Source of the DNA: Yuukianura sp. NJ FZ-2021
Lineage: Eukaryota
NCBI GenBank assembly: GCA_046563655.1
Contig: CM102285.1
Span: forward strand, 5,394,001-5,458,000
Direction of reading: 5' to 3'
Length of the DNA stretch: 64,000 bases
Shown here in pieces: positions 1 to 10,600 of this stretch. The position numbers and the translations under genes were made by a program. Below the pieces are notes generated by a model. The model ran no database searches. It was not told the DNA's origin and saw nothing but the letters and a program-made list of their open reading frames with translations. The number at the start of each line of letters is the position of its first letter. Position 1 is the first letter of the stretch.

Positions 1-147
1 CGCGAACAGAATCCACTCTTTAAGCTGCTAATTTGATAAATAAAATTGACGGAATTTCAAAATACAGCGACAAAATTCACAAATTAACGAATCGTGGCCC
101 ACGTCACTAAACCCTGAAACATCGCGGCGATGGTCCCCTTCCCCACT

Positions 148-3100
148 AAGTGGTCCATTTTTTTATCTCGATGGAGAACCGTGTTCTGGGGGGGGGGATT
201 GGCATATTTAAATTTCTTTTAACCGCAACTTTGAGGTGGTTCATTTTTATCGGAAGGGAGAACCGTGTTCTGGTGTAGACATATGTAACTTTCTTTTAAG
301 CCTAGCTTTGAAGTGGTCCATTTTTATCTCGATGGAGGACCATGTTCTGGGTTTGGCATATTTAAATTTCTTTTCAGCCTAACCTCGAGTTGGTTCATTT
401 TTATCGCGAGGTAGAACCGTGTTCTGGGATTGGCATATTTAAATTTCTTTTAACCGCAACTTTGAGGTGGTTCATTTTTATCGGAAGGGAGAACCGTGTT
501 CTGGTGTAGACATATTTAACTTTCTTTTAAGCCTAACTTTGAAGTGGTCCATTTTTATCTCGATGGAGAACCGTGTTCTGGGAATGGCATATTTAGATTT
601 CTTTTCAGCCTAACCTCGAGTTGGTTCATTTTTATCGCGAGGTAGAACCGTGTTCTGGAGTTGGCATATTTAAATTTCTTTTAATCGCAACTTTGAGGTG
701 GTTCATTTTTATCGGAAGGGGGAACCGTGTTCTGGTGTAGACATATTTAACTTTCTTTTAAGCCTTACTTTGAAGTGGTCCATTTTGATCTCGATGGAGA
801 ACCGTGTTCTGGGAATGGCATATCTAAATTTCTTTTCAGCCTAACCTCGAGTTGGTTCATTTTTATCGCGAGGTAGAACCGTGTTCTGGAGTTGGCATAT
901 TTAAATTTCTTTTAACCGCAACTTTGAGGTGGTTCATTTTTATCGGAAGGGAGAACCGTGTTCTGTTGTAGACATATTTAACTTTCTTTTAAGCCTAGCT
1001 TTGAAGTGGTCCATTTTTATCTCGATGGAGGACCATGTTCTGGGTTTGGCATATTTAAATTTCTTTTCAGCCTAACCTCGAGTTGGTTCATTTTTATCGC
1101 GAGGTAGAACCGTGTTCTGGGATTGGCATATTTAAATTTCTTTTAACCGCAACTTTGAGGTGGTTCATTTTTATCGGAAGGGAGAACCGTGTTCTGGTGT
1201 AGACATATTTAACTTTCTTTTAAGCCTAACTTTGAAGTGGTCCATTTTTATCTCGATGGAGGACCATGTTCTGGGTTTGGCATATTTAAACTTCTTTTCA
1301 GCCTAACCTCGAGTTGGTTCATTTTTATCGCGAGGTAGAACCGTGTTCTGGAGTTGGCATATTTAAATTTCTTTTAACCGCAACTTTGAGGTGGTTCATT
1401 TTTATCGGAAGGGAGAACCGTGTTCTGTTGTAGACATATTTAACTTTCTTTTAAGCCTAGCTTTGAAGTGGTCCATTTTTATCTCGATGGAGGACCATGT
1501 TCTGGGTTTGGCATATTTAAATTTCTTTTCAGCCTAACCTCGAGTTGGTTCATTTTTATCGCGAGGTAGAACCGTGTTCTGGGATTGGCATATTTAAATT
1601 TCTTTTAACCGCAACTTTGAGGTGGTTCATTTTTATCGGAAGGGAGAACCGTGTTCTGGTGTAGACATATTTAACTTTCTTTTAAGCCTAACTTTGAAGT
1701 GGTCCATTTTTATCTCGATGGAGGACCATGTTCTGGGTTTGGCATATTTAAACTTCTTTTCAGCCTAACCTCGAGTTGGTTCATTTTTATCGCGAGGTAG
1801 AACCGTGTTCTGGAGTTGGCATATTTAAATTTCTTTTAACCGCAACTTTGAGGTGGTTCATTTTTATCGGAAGGGGGAACCGTGTTCTGGTGTAGACATA
1901 TTTAACTTTCTTTTAAGCCTTACTTTGAAGTGGTCCATTTTGATCTCGATGGAGAACCGTGTTCTGGGAATGGCATATCTAAATTTCTTTTCAGCCTAAC
2001 CTCGAGTTGCTTCATTTTTATCGCGAGGTAGAACCGTGTTCTGGAGTTGGCATATTTAAATTTCTTTTAACCGCAACTTTGAGGTGGTTCATTTTTATCG
2101 GAAGGGAGAACCGTGTTCTGCTGTAGACATATTTAACTTTCTTTTAAGCCTAGCTTTGAAGTGGTCCATTTTTATCTCGATGGAGGACCATGTTCTGGGT
2201 TTGGCATATTTAAATTTCTTTTCAGCCTAACCTCGAGTTGGTTCATTTTTATCGCGAGGTAGAACCGTGTTCTGGGATTGGCATATTTAAATTTCTTTTA
2301 ACCGCAACTTTGAGGTGGTTCATTTTTATCGGAAGGGAGAACCGTGTTCTGGTGTAGACATATTTAACTTTCTTTTAAGCCTAACTTTGAAGTGGTCCAT
2401 TTTTATCTCGATGGAGAACCGTGTTCTGGGAATGGCATATTTAGATTTCTTTTCAGCCTAACCTCGAGTTGGTTCATTTTTATCGCGACGTAGAACCGTG
2501 TTCTGGAGTTGGCATATTTAAATTTCTTTTAACCGCAACTTTGAGGTGGTTCATTTTTATCGGAAGGGGGAACCGTGTTCTGGTGTAGACATATTTAACT
2601 TTCTTTTAAGCCTTACTTTGAAGTGGTCCATTTTGATCTCGATGGAGAACCGTGTTCTGGGAATGGCATATCTAAATTTCTTTTCAGCCTAACCTCGAGT
2701 TGGTTCATTTTTATCGCGAGGTAGAACCATGTTCTGGAGTTGGCATATTTAAATTTCTTTTAACCGCAACTTTGAGGTGGTTCATTTTTATCGGAAGGGA
2801 GAACCGTGTTCTGGTGTAGACATATGTAACTTTCTTTTAAGCCTAGCTTTGAAGTGGTCCATTTTTATCTCGATGGAGGACCATGTTCTGGGTTTGGCAT
2901 ATTTAAATTTCTTTTCAGCCTAACCTCGAGTTGGTTCATTTTTATCGCGAGGTAGAACCGTGTTCTGGGATTGGCATATTTAAATTTCTTTTAACCGCAA
3001 CTTTGAGGTAGTTCATTTTTATCGGAATGGAGAACCGTGTTCTGGTGTAGACATATTTAACTTTCTTTTAAGCCTAACTTTGAAGTGGTCCATTTTTATC

Positions 3101-3441
3101 TCGATGGAGGACCATGTTCTGGATTTGGCATATTTAAATTTCTTTTCAGCCTAACCTCGAGTTGGTTCATTTTTATCGCGAGGTAGAACCGTGTTCTGGA
3201 GTTGGCATATTTAAATTTCTTTTAACCGCAACTTTGAGGTGGTTCATTTTTATCGGAATGGAGAACCGTGTTCTGGTGTAGACATATTTAACTTTCTTTT
3301 AAGCCTAACTTTGAAGTGGTCCATTTTTATCTCGATGGAGGACCATGTTCTGGGTTTGGCATATTTAAATTTCTTTTCAGCCTAACCTCGAGTTGGTTCA
3401 TTTTTATCGCGAGGTAGAACCGTGTTCTGGAGTTGGCATAA
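148..3441. repeat. Tandem satellite array, 231-bp unit made of three diverged 77-bp subunits, ~14 units
   Basis: The AACCGCAACT marker recurs at 221, 452 and 683 (period 231). Each subunit shares GGT(T/C)CATTTTTATC...GAACCGTGTTCTGG...CATATTTAA.TTTCTTTT. The array is flanked by the direct repeat CCCTTCCCCACT at 136-147 and 3442-3453. Confidence 0.97.
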
Positions 3442-4694
3442 CCCTTCCCCACTCCCAGTGGTGTCCCGGGAGGTTTAAGTTTCATTCAGCGAGCTTGAAA
3501 AAATCGCCTTATCGCTTGAGCTATTTCGTCATGCGCGGTTTACAGCCGGTTTATTCTCACTAGTTTTATTTTGGTAAACAACCCTGTTTCATGAAGAGAC
3601 GATGACTTAGATGAACGAACATATTCTTAGACTAGACTAGATACTGGTGAGTTGGTTGATATCCTAATTGATGCTAGCTGAACTGTAATCTCATTATGAA
3701 GCTCGACTACATTAAAAATGGCTATGAGAAAAGCAGCCACGGTAACTCAGATATTTACGATACAGGAAAGAATTGTAAAATCTTAACTACCATTTGTAGT
3801 GTTATACTAGAACGTTAGAGAAATGAAGGAGATTCTACTTCCATTATTGAAGGTGAAATTACCGGATCTATTTTCATTTCTAATAACTTATTATATTTCA
3901 AATATCTATTAATTGTATAATACTTTGCCTCAATAATTCTCTTATTAAAACACTCGTATACTGTCCATGTTTGAACACGTTGATGGGTAGGAATGGAGTA
4001 AGAAATACGACCTCAAATTGCTAAAGTTGTGGTTTGCGTTGGTTTCGCCTCCGCAATTGGAACACATAAATGGTGAAGAACGAGTTGCTTTAAAGCTAGG
4101 CTTCTTCCAAAAAGTTTGGTCTTAAGGTGTTCCTCCAAAAAACGACTGTTGCAATCTGAGGTCGTAGTGGTATTCGGTAATTGTTTATATTGTGATATAT
4201 TTACCAATGGTCTCACCAATTCAAAAATGCTGAGTATGAATCTTGAGAAATAAGCATTTTTTACGTTAATTTGGTAAGGCTGAAAGACTTTTGTTCCTCT
4301 ATCTTCAATGAATATGAAAATAAGATGTAACGCGACGTAAGTGGCAAGTAGCGTGTAACTAAATAAAAATGATAACCTAACCTTTTACGAAACCTGATAT
4401 ATCTTTCCCAGGAACACTTGGGATCATGCGTTATACCGGAAAGTCCAGTGCATGCAGGGGTGATAGAGGCCATCAATTATTTACGAAAAAATGCTTGAAA
4501 CGTTAACCAGCCATGACTTTACTTCATGCGTCTGTAAAGTCTCTCCTGCTTCCTGCTTACTAATGCTAGGGCTCAATATTTTCGGAGGAAAGTGTATTGA
4601 AATTCGTGCTCAGCATACTTCAATTAGTTACAAGGGATAAGCACTATATCTCATTACCAACTACCAGCTCCATTTTTACCCCTAGATGCGCGTG

Positions 4695-7600
4695 TTAAAC
4701 ATGTGTAAGATTCTTGCCCCTGGGAATGGTGTTGAGATTCGAAGTATTGGGGTGACATACGGCTGACGTGAATTTTGAGCTGCTGCGACAACACAGCTTG
4801 TCCAGGAATACCTTCCAAGACTCGACTGTTTTCCCAGACCAAATCCACAGCCCAGAAGTGATTCCCACAGCCAGCGACATGAAGTACCTGATTATCAAAA
4901 ATCTATAGCTATTAGTGCTATTGGTTAAAATGCATATTGTGTAAGTCAATGGTTTGGGTGGAGAGTGTACCCCCCCCCCCCTACCCCCTTTTCTTTTGCA
5001 CTTTTGGTTTTTCTTTTTGCACTTTTGTGCAACTTTTTATATTTCGTTTTTTCCCATGTTCACTGTATGTTTAAGAGTTTAATTAGTTTTTAAAAATAAT
5101 TTTAAAAAATATTTTGCGGTTTTGTGGTTTGAGTCCCACCTGAAAAATCGTCTCTTCTTTGCACTTTTATGCAACTACTTTTTAGTTTTTTTTTTTATAG
5201 CTTGGGCTCATTTTAAACTTGGCATTTAATTTGGTTTTTAATTTTTTTTGTGTTTGAAAATACTACTTTCCCGGAAGCTATCTCTCTCGGAAACTTTTTA
5301 AATAGTAAATTCTCAAAAATATTTCTTTGTAAACATCAGGTTCCTTTCTAAATATCTTTCGAAAATATTTTGAGATGACACAAGACCTAACCTACGGTTC
5401 GTATTGCACGTTTGCGGTTTTTTAATTGCCAATTACTTCCGTGTCGCGATCGCTAATTAGAATGCACGAAAAAACTTACGACAAGTTCAAGCAATGAAAA
5501 CTTTTGACCTTGTGAATTGATTGACTCGTGTACAAAATACAAACTTATTTGCCATACAAACCTAATTTGCAAACACAAGGGCATTTGTGGGAGGTCTGCA
5601 GTCTAGCTTTTCGCCGAGTGAATAACGTTTCACTCACCGCAAAAGCATTGCGTAACCATTTCAATTTGACTAGTCAGCGTTTCCGTCTAGTTGCTTATGA
5701 TCCGTGGAGTGTTGGTACGCAAGTTTATACGACACCCAATGCTGATTTTGGTATTTTTCAAAATCACAAATTTCACCGACTAATTTGTGCCGCTAGACGT
5801 CAACCTCGGTTACTATTGGTCCGCTAGTCCTTCAAAACTACTAGTCGTTTTGAATGGGCAGGGAAATAGCTTTATCGCAAGTCAACTGCCCAAGGACGTT
5901 CAAATCCCTCGAGTTTGACGACAAAGTGCGTCAACCTGGCTTCTGATTGGCCGACGTGTCGTTCCCAGAGGGCGTGGCTAGTACAATACTGAAATTTGAT
6001 TGGTCAAAATCCCAGCCCGTGTATCAATTTCAGCCATTTGGCGTCCATCTCGCTTTTGATTGGTCGACTTGTTGTTGCCCCAGAGGGCTTTGCCAGTAAA
6101 ATACTGAAATTTGCTTGGTAAAAATCCCAACCTGTAAACCAATTTCAGCCATTTGGCGTCCATCTCGCTTCTGATTGGTCGACGAGTCGTTGCATCAGTG
6201 GGCGTGGCCAGTACATTGCTGCAATTTGATTGGTCAAAATCCCAAGCCCTTTACCAATTTTCAGCCAATGGGCGTGCAGCTCGCTTCTGATTGGTCGACA
6301 TGACGTTCAAAAATGGCCTAGTCCCACCAATGGGAGTAGCTGGTCGCAAAATGTTTTAAACTCCTCTGCCATTTTTTTCTAGAAAGTGCAATAAAATAAA
6401 CTCGTGGAATCATAAAAAAATGAGATGCAAACCACAGCCGGTCCACAAAAAGCCAACATAATGTGGTTCAGAAGTACATGCCGCGTCACCGATCCGCTTA
6501 AAAACTAGTTTTAAATAAATCCAAAGTTAGACTATTGGTTTTATTTAGCTTTAATGATGCTGGTTTTTATTTTCAAGCTCATACCATATATTACACAAGA
6601 CTATGAATTGTATAAAGTATTGTGAGTGGAATACATATGAAGGAACGCTTTGAAATTTTAAGTTGAAAAAAATTACTTGAAAAAAATGCTTTTCGTAGAT
6701 GCGAAACGCGTTAGTCCGCCTTCTCCAATTTCAAGTGTAACGTCTTCCACGGCAATGGTGATAACCATTAGCTCTTCCTTTGTCTTTTCGTCAAAGCTAA
6801 GGCCCAATGCAAATTGTCCAATTTTTCCAGGATTGAACGTGTCTGATCGCAAGTTTTGAGTGTCAAACACAAAAATCGCGTTGCCCTTTACAAATTGCTC
6901 ATACGTAATATCGTTTCCGTCGGTTCCATGTGAAATTAACTTGCACATGTTGTTGTAGGCTAGCATGTAATTTTTGTTTTCAAAGTTCATTTCCTCAAAA
7001 ACAACTCCCTTTCCTTCGAATTTGAGCTTCATGTTTTTGATTCCATGTGGTTTGAAATTAAACGGTGACTTTTCGAGTTTACCATTGACGACTTCGCTTG
7101 TCGTAATTGCAATGCAGAGGAGCTTTGGCCGAATTGCCGTAGGCATAATTTTTGGAATTTCAAATTCGGTGACCCCAACGGGTACATACGTAGAGAACTT
7201 GACGGCGTTGTCAAAAGAATACAATGCCATTTTCTTTTTGCAAATGCGGTGCGAAGTTGTGTAGTCAACTTTTCATTTAGACGATATTGGCGAACGTAAA
7301 AGTCTGCACACTCCACTTCAACCTTGTATTCAGTTGTAGAGGATGGTCCGCACAAGCAAAACTCTGGGTTGGTCCGTTGAATTTGAAAATTGAACCGTGT
7401 TCCTGGCGGGAAAAGTCGCGGCGAAGTGAAAATTCCAAGCATCGGGCGTCCAATCATCTCAAATTGATTACTTTTCTTTGCCAGCTCAAGTCGAGCTTTG
7501 AAGCTTGGGTTTGTGTCGTCAAAGTTGTCCATAACATTGCCGGGAAAATAAATTTCCCTGGACAATGTACTGCTTTTCGAACCAATCCCTTGCTGAAGTT

Positions 7601-10600
7601 GAGTAAATATCCAAGCCTCGTACGGGTATGCTCTTGGCCCCTGCGCTACGACTTGCGTGTTGTTGACAACGACTTTAAAATCTTCGATAAATGTGTGAAA
7701 GAACAGATTTTCCGGAGCAACCTTGTCTGTGTCACCGAGTGCCGAGCCATCTTTTTTTCGAATGGAAACTACAAATCTGAAAAACGAATCCGACAAATCC
7801 AGGTAGGCCATTTGCCAAAACGAAAAATGAATCGGATTTTCATTTCCTTTTGTTGCATAGTACGACTCTACTTTGAGATAATTGTCCAGCAAGCAAGAAA
7901 CTTCGGTATCTGGCATGGAAAACAAGTCCAATTTGGCATTTGTGTCCACCAGCTTCGAGTGCATTGGAACGGTAAGCTCCATTTCCGTGGTTAGTTGGCC
8001 TCGTTTTAGGTAAAGTCTGTGAGATATTGTTGGGGTATTTTAATTTGCTAAAAATCGCTGAACCTCAACAATGTAGAGCCAATTGTTGTCTAAAGTACGT
8101 CGAGAGATGAGGTCGATAAGAGGTGCCGATGCCGACTGGCGACCGTTTGGATGCAAATGTCAAACTTTTTGGCAGAAAACTGTATTAAATTTGGCTTTTT
8201 GGTACCGATTGGCGACCGTTTGAAGACAACTCTGCTCACTAAACGTACAATTTTGCACAATTTTTTGGCGGAGAGGTGTTGTCACCTCGGCTTTCGCATG
8301 CCGACTGGCCGCCAAACTGGCTAATAATGCTAATTTATAGTAGTCAAAAGGTGGGGAGACTTTAGTTTCTACTATACTTAATGACAAATGTGTAAAGGCA
8401 AGTGGTTTCACCGCAGAAGCAGGCTACCATTTGCACCATTCTTGTACGAAGTAGCATACTTAAGTCCAGTTTGCCCCCTTTTTGGTTTCCTTTTTGAAGT
8501 TTTTCTAGTTGATTTCTTTCCTGCAACCTCAGTTTGGGTGACTTTTTGATGTTTTTTGTTCTTTTTTGTTGAATCTGTATCAGATTCTGCTCCACTACAG
8601 CGTGGGGATTCGATTCTCTCCTCTTTTCTTCCGCCTTTTTTTCGTTTTCGCGTCAATTTCATAGACTTTGACTCTTTGCCGCGTGATTTTTTCGATGTTT
8701 TGCGTGCTTCTGTGTCATTTGGCGACATTTGGTGTGGGATATGCTGTTCATATGGCGACATTCTTCCATGTTGCAGCGACGTTTTTTGCAACTTGCGAGG
8801 TAACTTGGACCGTCCGTCAGAATCGTCATCCTCAACTCTCGCGTTTCTTCGATTACCCGATTCCAGAACTTGCAATTCTTCATTTGAGAGGAACCCCATT
8901 ACCTGATTTCCATCCTCGTTTTTCGTTTTCCTGCTATTCTTTGGCGTAACTTGTGCAGAATCCATTGTACCAGTGTCGCTCTCAGTCAAAAACACCCTTG
9001 AGGTTACTTTTGCTTCCTGCTTTGCCAGCACGTCCTTTCCCGTTGCTCGTCAAACTACAAATGAGTATGGTTTGGTAAAGCAGTGAAGATTAAATGTTTT
9101 CCAAACTGGCCAGTTTATAATGTTCTGGCGCACACAGCACGCTGTATATACGCCAGGGTTCAGCAACAAATGATGTCTCGAGACCACTTTTTATGATTCC
9201 ACGAGTTTATTTTAATGCACTTTCTAGAAAAAAATGGCAGAGGAGTTTAAAACATTTTGCGACCAGCCACTCCCATTGGTGGGACTAGGCCATTTTTGAA
9301 CGTCATGTCGACCAATCAGAAGCGAGCTGCACGCCCATTGGCTGAAAATTGGTAAAGGGCTTGGGATTTTGACCAATCAAATTGCAGCAATGTACTGGCC
9401 ACGCCCACTGATGCAACGACTCGTCGACCAATCAGAAGCGAGATGGACGCCAAATGGCTGAAATTGGTTTACAGGTTGGGATTTTTACCAAGCAAATTTC
9501 AGTATTTTACTGGCAAAGCCCTCTGGGGCAACAACAAGTCGACCAATCAAAAGCGAGATGGACGCCAAATGGCTGAAATTGATACACGGGCTGGGATTTT
9601 GACCAATCAAATTTCAGTATTGTACTAGCCACGCCCTCTGGGAACGACACGTCGGCCAATCAGAAGCCAGGTTGACGCACTTTGTCGTCAAACTCGAGGG
9701 ATTTGAACGTCCTTGGGCAGTTGACTTGCGATAAAGCTATTTCCCTGCCCATTCAAAACGACTAGTAGTTTTGAAGGACTAGCGGACCAATAGTAACCGA
9801 GGTTGACGTCTAGCGGCACAAATTAGTCGGTGAAATTTGTGATTTTGAAAAATACCAAAATCAGCATTGGGTGTCGTATAAACTTGCGTACCAACACTCC
9901 ACGGATCATAAGCAACTAGACGGAAACGCTGACTAGTCAAATTGCGGCATTGAAATGGTTACGCAATGCTTTTGCGGTGAGTGAAACGTTATTCACTCGG
10001 CGAAAAGCTAGACTGCAGACCTCCCACAAATGCCCTTGTGTTTGCAAATTAGGTTTGTATGGCAAATAAGTTTGTATTTTGTACACGAGTCAATCAATTC
10101 ACAAGGTCAAAAGTTTTCATTGCTTGAACTTGTCGTAAGTTTTTTTCGTGCATTCTAATTAGCGATCGCGACACGGAAGTAATTGGCAATTAAAAAACCG
10201 CAAACGTGCAATACGAACCGTAGGTTAGGTCTTGTGTCATCTCAAAATATTTTCGAAAGATATTTAGAAAGGAACCTGATGTTTACAAAGAAATATTTTT
10301 GAGAATTTACTATTTAAAAAGTTTCCGAGAGAGATAGCTTCCGGGAAAGTAGTATTTTCAAACACAAAAAAAATTAAAAACCAAATTAAATGCCAAGTTT
10401 AAAATGAGCCCAAGCTATAAAAAAAAAAACTAAAAAGTAGTTGCATAAAAGTGCAAAGAAGAGACGATTTTTCAGGTGGGACTCAAACCACAAAACCGCA
10501 AAATATTTTTTAAAATTATTTTTAAAAACTAATTAAACTCTTAAACATACAGTGAACATGGGAAAAAACGAAATATAAAAAGTTGCACAAAAGTGCAAAA

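Noticed and set aside
148..3441. CRISPR-like repeat-spacer array
   Set aside because: The intervening segments are not unique spacers but repeat every 231 bp. The context is eukaryotic and no cas genes are present.
4938..4949. Element inserted into a Frizzled coding exon (gene knockout)
   Set aside because: Reconstruction places the TSD inside a 65-bp GT-AG intron. The flanking exons join in frame (LMLK-YFMSL).
5528..6163. ORFs inside the TIR (99 aa, and the 61-aa ORF duplicated at 9443-9628)
   Set aside because: The identity simply reflects the inverted repeat. The 61-aa ORF is a translation of the 115-bp tandem repeats, and the 99-aa ORF is disrupted by an 8-bp indel in the other TIR.
7225..7245. 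Programmed -1 ribosomal frameshift in the MCP
   Set aside because: There is no canonical slippery heptamer in the zero frame, and the paralogous MCP fragment is continuous at this position.
7287..7994. 235-aa plus-strand ORF
   Set aside because: It is the antisense shadow of the MCP gene, with a non-ATG start and no recognisable motifs.
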